Positions 20,216-30,243 of a stretch of DNA of 64,000 nucleotides are shown piece after piece. This DNA is from Obrimoposthia wandeli (lineage: Eukaryota). Position numbers and translations under genes: made by a program. The number at the start of each line of letters is the position of its first letter. Within the stretch, counting starts at the first letter, position 1. The stretch lies in contig CDROCS010001089.1 of NCBI GenBank assembly GCA_977020255.1, positions 620,001 through 684,000 of the forward strand, in the 5' to 3' direction. The notes beneath the pieces are model-generated. The model saw only the letters and a program-made list of their open reading frames with translations, was not told where the DNA came from and searched no databases.

Positions 20216-21150
20216 ATGGATTCGCGTAAAGATATTGATGGTTTGGCGATTGGACTAGTAACTATCACCTGTTTGATTTGGGGTTTACAACAAGTTTTAA
20301 TAAAATCTGTTGAGGCTGACATGTCTCCGGTTTTACAAATAGGCCTAAGATCGGGTATCGCTGCACTATTACTGGCCATTGTTATGCTTATCCGCAAGGA
20401 TAAATTATTCAGTCGCGATACTTGGAAGCCAGGTTTACTGGCTGGACTATTTCTCCATAAGCACGAGTTCTTTTTTCGCCCTGGGGAAGGCCTAGATGTC
20501 AATGCTGGTAATTCAGGCGTCACATTCGTTGAAACATGGTGGTGTCATTTCTATATAGCACATATCCATCGCTATTTGTTCTATACAGGCCTGATATTAC
20601 CTGCGCATTTTAAAATTTTGGTACCATCTTCAGTTGAGCGCCTTAAACCATACAACGAGCAGTACAGTGGATATTAAAATAAAATCCAGTTATTTAGCAT
20701 AATCACCGCTTTTTTAGGGAATTGTTCTTTTTCCTTTTAAGGCGAGATACTCAAAATTTTACCGTTTCCTCATCACTGACGACAACAAGCTAATATGCTT
20801 TAGCCAGGGGTACATCCTAGCTGCCTTATTCGCTGCTATTTCGACAAGGGGTGGTCGCATTAGACAAGGCTTCCGTTGTGATTCGCAGCTCAAGCCTAGC
20901 AAGAGCGCCGGCCAGCCAAACTCTACTATATCAATTGATGGTGTGTTTCATCGTTGTACTGTTTGCCGCCGTTGCTATGGGGCAAACCGAGAATCTCAGC
21001 TTTCACAGTACAAGTCAGTAACTTGGTATTTCAGGGAGTGATCGTTTACTGTCTTTTGCAAGCCTGATACTGTGGTTATAGACTTTTTCAAAGTAGTTGC
21101 TTCGCCAATATTTCAGCAACCATCACAGATAGGTGTTATTGATACTTTTT
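20216..21150 (+). pseudogene. EamA/DMT transporter pseudogene
   Basis: Intact start MDSRKDIDGLAIGLVTITCLIWGLQQV, then repeated frameshifts and stops. End coordinate is approximate. Confidence 0.75.
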
Positions 21151-21562
21151 TCATGTGCGCCGCTCTTTGGTGTTTTCTACATTATTTGAAGCAGTGTATG
21201 GCTGTTAGGTCTAATTAAATAAATGAACCACTTGAAGAAAGGATTTAATGTTCGCATAATAATGGCAATGATGTGAAATAAATGCGGGTGTTTTTATAGT
21301 GAGTAGTCACAACAAAATACAACATCGCCTGGAAATTAATTTTTAACCTAACATCTTTAGCAACTAAAGATCTCCCTGCATATTAATATTGGCTAGCTTC
21401 CTCTCTCAATCACACAGCACGGAAGATAATTATATTGATAAGGGTGCACAAAGTAACTCTGACGCATAGTATTCAACTTCCACCGCTGAGTAGATGTTAA
21501 TGTTTGTTGATCTCAAAGGCCAAGCCAGCTCAAAGCTGTTTCTAGAAATAAAAATATAACTT

Positions 21563-21701
21563 GAGACCTTTGCACAAAGTAGCGAGCGACAGTGAGACAA
21601 GGCAAAAACAAGCGAAAAACCGGAGTTTATGCCTATAAATGAGGATTTTGAGCTTGTTTTTAACGCCGTATCACTGAGTGCAGTAATTGTGCAAAGGTCT
21701 C
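21563..21701. mobile_element. MITE family 3 (139 bp) with IS1106/IS5-like ends and an AACTT direct repeat
   Basis: TIR GAGACCTTTGCACAA / TTGTGCAAAGGTCTC; AACTT at 21558-21562 and 21702-21706. Confidence 0.8.
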
Positions 21702-21724
21702 AACTTAACCCAAGGGATTTGTTC

Positions 21725-22216
21725 ATGATTAAATCAATTAGCTCGGATATATCTAAAATTTTAGATGGCTTGAAGATCGAACATAGGGTCGTTGCATGTG
21801 AATCAAAATATTCGGATACTCATGAGTTTTGAAAACATTATGGTTATTGCGCTGACGAATCTGCTAACGTTTTATTGATCGCCTCTAAAAAAGGTGAGGT
21901 AAAGTATGCCGCTTGCGTCGTTTTAGCTACCACTAGGTTAGACGTAAATAAAACTGCTCGTAAGAAACTCGGTGTTTCGCGGATATCCTTTGCGAGCCCA
22001 GATCAAACAAGAGAGTTAACGGGCATGGAACTTGGTGGGGTGACGCCCTTTGGTATGCCAAATCACGTGCCAGTATGGATTGATTCGGGTGTAATGCAAT
22101 GCAGACAAGTTATTCTAGGTGGTGGAGATCGCATATCAAAAATAATTTTAACGCCGGATATGTTATTGAAAATTCCAAATATTGAAGTCGTAGATGAGCT
22201 TGCTTATGAAATGTGA
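21725..22216 (+). pseudogene. YbaK/EbsC (aminoacyl-tRNA editing-like) gene with in-frame TGA at codon 36
   Basis: MIKSISS...DTHEF*KHYGYCADESANVLLIASKK...GMELGGVTPFG. The two ORF-track pieces share one frame. Confidence 0.8.
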
Positions 22217-22678
22217 CAGCTGTTTTGTAACAGACTTTGGACTAGACGATAGTAGGTATCATGAGGGAGTTATCGGCATAAGTGGCAGTGGTAAGCTGTG
22301 GATCGCATAACGGCATGAATAGGCCTACTTGAAACAGCTTATTAAAACTAGTGATACGACGGGTATGTACAGCCATCAATTAACTCATCGATGAGCTAAG
22401 TGAAGGTCTATAAAGAAGTCGCAATGGTCGACAAAGAGGCCACATTCATTCATAATCTCGACTATCCAGGAAGGAAACGGTACTAGGCAGTAAATGGTAC
22501 TCAGTTCAATCTAGAACGTCTCAATCCTCAGTCTCGATTAGCTACTTCGTAGGCGCGAAGCCTTTTATTAAGCTATCTCGTATCCTTTTACAGCGTTATC
22601 CGCAGCTTTTTATAATACACGTAAAGCTGTACTAATATTGCTCGCCAAACAATGAATACTCAATGAAATATTGTGGAG

Positions 22679-22948
22679 ATGAATTTGGATTATTTTGAAG
22701 TGTTGGGAGTTGAGAAATCAGCTTCGCAAGATGATATTAAAAAGGCCTACAGACGTTTAGCCTCAAAGCTTCATCCAGATAGAAATAAATCGGAAGATGC
22801 CATTGAACGCTTCCAGAAAATCCAAGAGTCATACGATGTTATATCTGATCCGCAAAAGCGCAAATTATACATCGAACAGGAATACACTGAGGTCATGAAC
22901 CCCAAATCGTTCACTAAATCCTATTGGAACAGAGTGTTAAACACTTAA
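22679..22948 (+). CDS. atcJ: Short J-domain co-chaperone, AtcJ-like
   Basis: HPD motif, no other domains, C-terminal P-X7-W (PKSFTKSYW); first gene of a 4-gene operon. Confidence 0.75.
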   Translation: MNLDYFEVLGVEKSASQDDIKKAYRRLASKLHPDRNKSEDAIERFQKIQESYDVISDPQKRKLYIEQEYTEVMNPKSFTKSYWNRVLNT

Positions 22949-22956
22949 GAGGCATC

Positions 22957-23460
22957 ATGTCTAAGATCGAATTTGTACCAGGCTATTTGGTAGACGACTA
23001 TCAACTGCTGACTGAAAATATAGAATCCTATCAGGATCCAGAAGAACCCGATTTATTTAATAATTATGTTGATAATTTATTAGCACAGTTAAATAAAACA
23101 CCGGGTTTTTTAGCGGGTATGCCTGACCAACTCGCGATGTGTTTACTGTTTGTGGTGAAGGTGGATTGTGCAAAATTAGCGCCCTTAAGTATGCAGCGCG
23201 AGCCTACATGGGATGACGTAAAAACCTGCGTGAGCATCCATAAGCGCTATCGGCCATTACTGTCGACGCTATCCGACAAATTTCAGCATCAATTAAAAAT
23301 TGCTTTACTGCTATTGTGCTTTTATCAATTAGGCGCAACCGCACAAGAGTTCAACGCTGAGGTAGATGACAGTGAAGAACAAGCAGAGCGCGACGAATAC
23401 GACGATCAAGATTACGAAGCATACCAAGGTCAAGACCAAGACAGCCTTGACCAATACTAA
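22957..23460 (+). CDS. atcA: AtcA-like protein (by synteny); acidic C-terminus
   Basis: Second gene after atcJ; AGAGG RBS. Confidence 0.55.
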   Translation: MSKIEFVPGYLVDDYQLLTENIESYQDPEEPDLFNNYVDNLLAQLNKTPGFLAGMPDQLAMCLLFVVKVDCAKLAPLSMQREPTWDDVKTCVSIHKRYRPLLSTLSDKFQHQLKIALLLLCFYQLGATAQEFNAEVDDSEEQAERDEYDDQDYEAYQGQDQDSLDQY

Positions 23461-23488
23461 CCTACACAGACGTTGACAGGATTATATT

Positions 23489-24139
23489 TTGAGCCAACAA
23501 ATAGCCGTTTTAGCGCAGAAGGTCGTTGCAATCATCCATGAGAGTGGTCGCAGTGGTGGTGATATTTTAGAGGAAATAGCCTCAACCGAGGGCGATGCAA
23601 CCATGATCGCTGTTATTTCTGAACTAGACATCATGAGTGTCGCAAAAATATTGCGCTCGTTCGATGCCACTATCCCGTCGATAGCGGCATGGTTGATGGA
23701 TCCAGAAACCATCGGCAATATGTTGGATGTAGAGCCTTCGTATTGGGAAAATGAACTGCAAAAAGGTGCTTTTAACGCGCAAGATTCAGTAAAATCCATG
23801 CTATCTCAAATATTTCTTACGCAAGCGGATGATGAAGAAAGAGAGCTGGCGATACTGGAGGCCATCGTAGAATCAGAAACGGGAATTTTGTATCTCTCGC
23901 TACCTTTCATAGGGTTAGATTTTGCTACTATCGATCAAACAGAAGAAGCTGTTTCTGGCAGCGATGAAGAATTACTGCTCAAGATAAAATCACTTAGCAC
24001 GCCAATTTATCAACAGATTCTTGCTACTGCTGAACGCGGTGATTTTGAGAAAATTGAAGCAATTCTTAAATCCCAAGCGAATAATATCAGAGTGGGCGAA
24101 ATCAGTAGTGATACTGACGATATGTTCGAGCCATTATAA
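23489..24139 (+). CDS. atcB: AtcB-like protein (by synteny)
   Basis: Third gene of the operon; TTG start with AGGA RBS. Confidence 0.55.
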   Translation: MSQQIAVLAQKVVAIIHESGRSGGDILEEIASTEGDATMIAVISELDIMSVAKILRSFDATIPSIAAWLMDPETIGNMLDVEPSYWENELQKGAFNAQDSVKSMLSQIFLTQADDEERELAILEAIVESETGILYLSLPFIGLDFATIDQTEEAVSGSDEELLLKIKSLSTPIYQQILATAERGDFEKIEAILKSQANNIRVGEISSDTDDMFEPL

Positions 24140-24153
24140 AAAGGGAATACCAG

Positions 24154-24972
24154 ATGAATCTTGATAAAGTCAGGGCGAGACCCTTTTTATTGCTGATGAT
24201 CAGTGATGGGGTTGAAAGCGGATCTCTGAGCTCAGAGCAACTAGCTAAAATAGAAAGCCAGTTGGTCGACATGTCGTTAAAAATAGCTAAGAACTTCTTT
24301 TCACCGGTGATTAGTCATGACCTTAAAAAGTCATGTGCTATTGTGATGGGCGTCACTACACTTGGGCTGTTGAAATTATGTGAAGGCGATACGCTTAAGG
24401 CAAAACAGCTGCTACTAGAAGATTCAATCGTCAGCTGTTTTCGCAAGGGATGGGAGAGCGTAAACAGCCTGTTCAAAGCACATGGTGAACAAGTAAATCG
24501 TGGAGCGTTATTGGCGCATTACCAATACAGCGATAGCGAATACAAAGACATAGCATCGATTCATGAATCGCTGATGTCTGAACAGCTCGACGCTAACTTG
24601 CTAAAACAGATTGCGGCTCTATTTAAAAATCCTATATCAAATATGGACATGGATCCCGATTATATTGATGAAACATCAATAAAATCGGATGTTCAGCTAT
24701 CGATATTTGAAGCGCTACTGAAGCGCCATGATATCGGTCATCGAGATTACGATAACTTCAAAGACTTGCTGTTTAATTACCTTGATGAACCCGATGTCTT
24801 TTTCAATGAATTCAGTGAGGCTGCAGAGTCGATCTTAAACAAACTTGATACCAATATAAGCCTTAGAATAGAAGGGTGGCTTGAAAGTATTGAGGATGAC
24901 TTCGTTGAGAACTTTGAGCTATTAGCTATTGAAAACAGCGGGCCGAGGTGCATGCAGTATTTTCACAGCTAA
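24154..24972 (+). CDS. atcC: AtcC-like protein (by synteny), possibly C-terminally truncated
   Basis: Fourth gene. The same frame continues past two stops into a protein-like acidic tail ending at 25152. Confidence 0.55.
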   Translation: MNLDKVRARPFLLLMISDGVESGSLSSEQLAKIESQLVDMSLKIAKNFFSPVISHDLKKSCAIVMGVTTLGLLKLCEGDTLKAKQLLLEDSIVSCFRKGWESVNSLFKAHGEQVNRGALLAHYQYSDSEYKDIASIHESLMSEQLDANLLKQIAALFKNPISNMDMDPDYIDETSIKSDVQLSIFEALLKRHDIGHRDYDNFKDLLFNYLDEPDVFFNEFSEAAESILNKLDTNISLRIEGWLESIEDDFVENFELLAIENSGPRCMQYFHS

Positions 24973-25179
24973 AAATTCATTGAAGGCACGTCACTAAAAA
25001 CCTGAAAGAGGCTTCAACTGCACCCAAATCTAAAAGACCAAATAGACGTAGAGTACTCTTACCAAGACTTGGTAGAAGAGGAGGACGACTACTTGACGGA
25101 AGAAGAAGTGCTTGGCGAACTCAGTGAGAACATCACTGATGATGATTACTAAGGGCCATATTAAATTCTTTTAGTAAGT

Positions 25180-25316
25180 CATTAGTGTCCGGTTTAATTT
25201 TTGTTGTTCTATAACTCATTGATTTTACGTTAAACACCAAATTTCAGAATTAACTATGCTAGAAAACCGCAAATCAATGAGTTAGAGAGCTTACATTTTT
25301 TAACCGGACAGTAATG
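25180..25316 (-). repeat. Repeat family 2 copy (137 bp; TIR CATTRSTGTCCGGTT)
   Basis: CATTAGTGTCCGGTTT ... AACCGGACAGTAATG; reverse orientation relative to 57910-58062. Confidence 0.8.
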
Positions 25317-25472
25317 TTAGTAAGTGTTAAAAGACAGGATTCAAGGGTCTGATCTATCTGCTTGCTATACAGTTAGAAGGGAAGATTCCGTGCCTTTTGA
25401 GTGTTTTTTTAGGTTGCTTTTTTACAGCTTTTTGATCAGTGTTTCGCCAGTAGGTAAAACACTGATTAAACG

Positions 25473-26051
25473 CTAAGCTCCTCCCAGCATCATCTTCACC
25501 TGACTTTTACAAGAGGTTAGAACACTTTCAATCAAATGCCTATCATCAATATTCCTTGCTATCGCCACCGCTCCAATAATCATCGACGTTAAAGCAAAAA
25601 CACTCTCCTTATCAAAAGCAGCCTCCTCACCGGCATAACCCATAATGAGCCTATTCATATTCCTATAAGTATCGGTATAAGTGCCTTTTGTAGCCTCATC
25701 GCGCAATGCAATATCTGTTGCCATAAAAGCCAATGGACATGGCCTATCGCCACTGACATGCTCAAAGCTAAGATACGCATCTAAAAGCTGAGATAGCCAC
25801 TGCTGTGATGAAACTCCTGCAGGCTTCACCTTGGCTAGCTCGGTATGCATCGCTGAGTACTTTAATGCTTGTTGGTATAACTCGGCCTTACTTTTAAAGT
25901 GCGCATAAAAGGCACCTCGAGTGAGTGAGCAATCACTCATAACATCATTAACTGTCACCGCATCAAACCCTTTCATCGAAAAAAGAGCACGAGCACTGCG
26001 TAGAATACTATCTCTGGTTCTTTCTTTATGTTCTATAGAGTAGGGCATCAT
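25473..26051 (-). CDS. TetR/AcrR family regulator
   Basis: HTH ARALFSMKGFDAVTVNDVMSDCSLTRGAFYAHFKSK. Confidence 0.9.
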   Translation of the reverse strand: MMPYSIEHKERTRDSILRSARALFSMKGFDAVTVNDVMSDCSLTRGAFYAHFKSKAELYQQALKYSAMHTELAKVKPAGVSSQQWLSQLLDAYLSFEHVSGDRPCPLAFMATDIALRDEATKGTYTDTYRNMNRLIMGYAGEEAAFDKESVFALTSMIIGAVAIARNIDDRHLIESVLTSCKSQVKMMLGGA

Positions 26052-26133
26052 GGAATCCAATAATTTAAATATGACCTTGATCATATATAGATAATAGTTA
26101 AGATCAAGCTCTACCAATCAACCAAAAGGCTCA

Positions 26134-26480
26134 ATGATGATTTATCCAATGTTTGTTCTTTGTTTACTGACGATGTTGGTCGGTTTTTTACTGAGGGGCA
26201 GGGTTTGAAAGGCGGTGGCTCCCCAAGTGTTTTTAAAATAATGCAGGGTGTGAAATGTGTAGGCCGCTGTTTAAACAATCTTTTTGAGATGCCAGTTCTT
26301 TTTTATGTTGCTTGCACTTTGTATCTTGTTTTAGAGGTTGAAAGTGTTTTTGGATGTATTATTGCTTGGTTATTCGTGATCTGCAGATGTTTTCAAGCTT
26401 ATATCCATATGGCGCGGCCCGCGCAGGGCAATGAAGATGTTGGCGTTTGGCTGCTCTTTGCGCATTGGCTATGCAGTTGA
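26134..26480 (+). pseudogene. MAPEG family membrane protein, frameshifted
   Basis: MMIYPMFVLCLLTMLVGF in one frame; NNLFEMPVLFYVAC...AWLFVICR..QAYIH in another; divergent from TetR. Confidence 0.75.
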
Positions 26481-26655
26481 TTTGAAATCATTATATAACC
26501 GGACAACAATGAGCTGAAGTAAGGGCTTAAAGGTGAAAATAATTAAAATTTGCAAAAAGAGTGGAATCTTTCTTGTGCTTTAAAGTCAAAAGGAAAGGCT
26601 TCTCTAAGTAAGAAACAAGATCTGCTTTCAATTACAGTTATTTGTGCTTTATTGC

Positions 26656-26995
26656 TTTAAATGATTAGAAGACTTTAAGTGATTTATTTTTTGAAGTTTT
26701 AGGTCAAGGGATTAAAGATATTTAAGGGCTTTCGTCTTCGTCGAGTTCATTTCTTTTGAGTGGCCAAAGCCAGACGAAAGACACTTGTTGCCGAAACAGA
26801 TCCTGCGCTTGCAGTAAAATTATTGGCCGCTCGTAGAAACTTGCGTCATGGCGCACTCGCTCTACGCAACATCCTGTTGCTCCGCTTCAATAATTTCACC
26901 CAAAGCTCCGGCGGCAATACAAGGGATTCAGGCAGCTTCGTAGCTAGGTTCGAGAGCAGTAGTTTTTCCGTCTATATATTGTACTAATAATAGAG
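26656..26995 (+). repeat. Repeat family 4, copy A (~340 bp, palindrome-rich)
   Basis: Core 26847-26995 is near-identical to 37224-37372. The left part matches 37084 onward and, reverse-complemented, about 29990-30105. Confidence 0.85.
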
Positions 26996-27372
26996 GAAAA
27001 ATCCGAAAACCTAAAAAGTATTTCCTACAGCGTCTATTCAAAACAGCATGCTAATAATTAAAGTTCCGGGAGGATCTAGGTTCGTAGAAACTATAAATGG
27101 TCAAAAGATAGTGCGTAGAACCGATTCTTTTTTGTATTTTAGTTCTGATAAGAAAAAATACTTTTGATTTTATAGGGTAGTGGCACCTTAATAGAATTCT
27201 TTGAGGAAAGTTATGAGTATTAAAAGCTATTGGATTCGTAGTGGCGAAGAAGGCAATTAAAGAAGTAGCTCTTTTTGACTAATTTGCCACTACTATTAAA
27301 GTTGTTTGTTGTGATGAAATGTATCTATTGTTGGGTTGGGTTGTTTTTCATTAAGCAACGCCATAATTTTAT

Positions 27373-27535
27373 TCAACGTCTGCCGCCAGGCGGCGCGTCT
27401 TCTGGTATCCATTTAGCATAATGATCATCAAGCATCTTGAGTAGCAATATGGCCCATTCTGTGCTAACCAATCCTTGCGAATATCATCCTGTGAATAACA
27501 ACTGTAGAAGCAAATGTATGTCTATAGCGCCTCAT
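27373..27535 (-). pseudogene. C-terminal remnant of a tyrosine recombinase (phage-type integrase)
   Basis: YRHTFAS ... DHYAKWIPEDAP (HxxR-box remnant and catalytic Tyr), with stops or frameshifts between them. Confidence 0.65.
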
Positions 27536-27545
27536 ATTCTAAATA

Positions 27546-28877
27546 TCATGAGAATAGTTTTTTAATTTCATCTCTCGATATCTTCTTTAAACCTTCAAAA
27601 GTAATTGTTTCATCTACAGAGGAGGTAGGAAATGCCTCGTAAAAAGCTGATTTGTAACGTTCAAGGCTTTCGCCCTCGTCTTCACCCATTTCTGCATAAT
27701 CATTGCCGCACCAGATTTTCCAATATATATTTCCATGTAGCATTTGTGCTTCATTTGAAGTCAAGTGTATAGGCCTACTGCGGTCTTTGTCTAAAAGTAT
27801 AGAAGCGATTTTACAAATCAAGTGGTCGCCGGAGAGCTGGTCTCCAAGAGGGGTTCTTAAATCAGATAAAACTATAGGATTTACTGCATTCGGATGCGTC
27901 GTTACAAATACATAGTTTTTGCCGTCATGATTAGCTGCTTTAGGCCATTTTTGTTTCATATCATAAACCTCTGTGCCCTCTATGAGCTCATCAGGTATTT
28001 TGTAAATGCTCCATAAATTAGAAGTATTACCCTTTTGCAGCGCAGCTTCATTATCTTTAGATAGTCTAATAAATTCTTGAATATAATTTGAGTAACTGTT
28101 TAGTTTAATTCTTTTTGTAGGTTTTGACGGCGCATTAGAAGGAGTAGTTAAAGTTGTAAAATAGTCGAATTCCAGTTCGTATTTTGATGTGGACTTCTTC
28201 AAGAGAGAATAGAAAACCTTGGATGAATTTCTTTTAATATATTTTGAAAGGAGCCTTATCATTAATGCTTGATTTGATTTACTTGTTTTACATCCGAAAA
28301 TAACACCCTGTAGAGCATCACTAAAATCATAAAAGTAATTTGAATTAGTATATTTTAAATCTTTGTTCTCCCTAAATATATCGATAATTATCCTTGACTC
28401 ATTTTCATACTCCCAAGCTTTTCCCTTCGTCAGCAAAGTATCTTCAATGATCTTATTTTGTCTTACAATATTGGCTATTGATAATTCGTTTTGAATATCT
28501 AGTGGAGGTCTTACATCAGAATACTGTACGCTAGATAAAGGGATATAGGGGACTTTTGATTCCAGATCGAATATCAAACAAAAGCCTTGATGACTATCTG
28601 CATAATGACTCCATAGCAAATGGTTCAAAAGAGGGTATTGATGGTTATCGGTGAAGTTACATTTAGTAAAACATGTCATTACATAATGAGATTCAATTTC
28701 ATCCATGTCATGCAGACCTTCAGATGTTTCAAATGGATCGTTGAAGTTACATGGGCTGTTCAAGAAAAGCTTAGTGTTTTCGATTAAATCCGACGTATAT
28801 TCGTCAAACTTAAAAAACTTTCCGTATAAAGTTTTATCCATAAAATTACCGTCTGTCATCCTATTGCATTGGGTCAA
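27546..28877 (-). CDS. DUF2971-domain protein with an extra ~190-aa C-terminal domain
   Basis: TCFT...LLWSHYADSHQGFCLIF...VQYSD...KGKAWEYENESR; visibly AT-rich. The start may be Met13. Confidence 0.75.
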   Translation of the reverse strand: MTQCNRMTDGNFMDKTLYGKFFKFDEYTSDLIENTKLFLNSPCNFNDPFETSEGLHDMDEIESHYVMTCFTKCNFTDNHQYPLLNHLLWSHYADSHQGFCLIFDLESKVPYIPLSSVQYSDVRPPLDIQNELSIANIVRQNKIIEDTLLTKGKAWEYENESRIIIDIFRENKDLKYTNSNYFYDFSDALQGVIFGCKTSKSNQALMIRLLSKYIKRNSSKVFYSLLKKSTSKYELEFDYFTTLTTPSNAPSKPTKRIKLNSYSNYIQEFIRLSKDNEAALQKGNTSNLWSIYKIPDELIEGTEVYDMKQKWPKAANHDGKNYVFVTTHPNAVNPIVLSDLRTPLGDQLSGDHLICKIASILLDKDRSRPIHLTSNEAQMLHGNIYWKIWCGNDYAEMGEDEGESLERYKSAFYEAFPTSSVDETITFEGLKKISRDEIKKLFS

Positions 28878-28974
28878 GTAAATGCTTTATTTTAGGGTAT
28901 ACTTTAAATAATTGTATTAAATAGTTAATGGTGGCTGTTGAAAGCTACTATGCCAAGTCATCTAGTTGCTGAAT

Positions 28975-29267
28975 TCAAAAAAATTGACTGAAGAAAGCTT
29001 GTCTCTCTTTATCGTTGTGGAGGTCATGTTTTGCAAGATGTTTGTGTTTTTTTTCTATTAAATCAGAGCCTAGCATGAATGGTAAATCATCTATAACAAT
29101 CTCTGTTATTATTGAAGAAAAATCTTTGCTATAGCAATCTTGAAGAATTTTATATTTGGTGGATGGGAAGGAATTCTTGAACTCCTTATTAAACTGAGGA
29201 GAAAAACAGCGGATCATTGAAGCTTAAAATAGTGCTATCCTTTCCCTTTCAGTTGTATTAAAGAACT
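28975..29267 (-). pseudogene. AT-rich gene remnant cut off by the IS66 end
   Basis: An 80-aa open frame plus a frameshifted upstream piece that abuts the IS66 terminus. Confidence 0.4.
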
Positions 29268-29665
29268 GTAAGCGCCTAACCAACTACCTCCACTACATTC
29301 CAAGGCAGTAATGCCTCAATATCTTCAACGCAGGTGGCTTGCGGTAGTCTCGTGAATACTTCTTTCAGATAAATACTTGGTTCAACGTTATTAGCTTTGG
29401 CAGTCTCGACCAAGCTATAAAGATTAGCACTTGCCTTTGCGCCTTTTTCTGTGACTGCAAATAACCAATTTTTCCTTCCGATTACCAGGGGACGAATTGC
29501 GTTTTCAGCAGCATTATTATCAATTGGCCACGCGCCTTTCTCCGTATATCGAATTAATTTTGGCCATTGATTGTGTAAATACATCACTGCTTTTTTGAGC
29601 TTTTCCGAATTTATCGGCCGCTCAATACTTTTATCTAATCATTGCCGTAACTGGTCAAGGGGCAT
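29268..29665 (-). mobile_element. IS66 remnant (transposase C-terminus plus one terminal IR)
   Basis: QWPKLIRYTE..PIDNNAAENAIRPLVIGRKNWLF..SLVETAKANNVEP; terminal GTAAGCGCC at 29268. Confidence 0.9.
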
Positions 29666-29723
29666 AGATATGGGACAGTCACTTTTAAGAACGAAGCCAT
29701 TAAGGTTTTATAGCTCCTTCTGT

Positions 29724-30105
29724 TCTATTAGATAAATAGATAGACAGAAGCACTATTACATTCGAATCAAACTACGAAGCTGCCTAATCCCTTGTATTGC
29801 CGCCGAAGCTTTGGGTGAAATTATTGAAGTGTAGCAACAGGATGTTGCGTAAAGTGAGTGCGCCATGGATGGCGTTTACGAGCAGCCAATAATTTTTTTA
29901 AGCGCAGGAAGTAATCGCTTTAATGAGTAATTCAGCTTTCTTTCATGTACAGGATGTACGGTATTAAGCGGTGCCATGGATGGCAAAGAGCGCTTTGGTT
30001 CGGTTTCTTTTGGCCACACAAAAGAAATGAACTCGACGAAGTCGAAAGCCCTTAAACATCTTTAATCTATAGGCCTTAAATCATAAAAAATAAATCAGTA
30101 AAAAT
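29724..30105 (-). repeat. Repeat family 4, copy B (inverted relative to A)
   Basis: Reverse complement contains GCCATCCATGGCGCACTC, GCAACATCCTGTTGC, CAATAATTTCACCCAAAGC, GGCGGCAATACAAGGGATT and GGGCTTTCGACTTCGTCGAGTTCATTTCTTTTG. Confidence 0.85.
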
Positions 30106-30243
30106 ATTTTGACCTAAGAGATTCATATCTCCGCTTTATATCAACTACACATCCACAATCTAAAAATCTCCTCTATCACCTACAAACCAACCTATTTATC
30201 ACGCTACGCAAAAAGCTAATTTCAAAGAAACGATGTTTAGCTA

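Noticed and set aside
21629-21724. N-terminal extension of the 67-aa ORF
   Set aside because: It starts inside the family 3 MITE; the real start is ATG 21725.
22260-22560. Possible transposase remnant (W.W.AVDRIT-like)
   Set aside because: Too degraded to assign by eye; needs blastx.
21725-25152. Genome-wide stop-codon reassignment to explain in-frame TGA/TAA
   Set aside because: Many intact genes end at TGA or TAA at expected lengths, and frameshifts co-occur, so this is local decay.
26760-26987. 75-aa ORF (and 37321-37560)
   Set aside because: They fall within or overlap repeat family 4 and show no coding signature.
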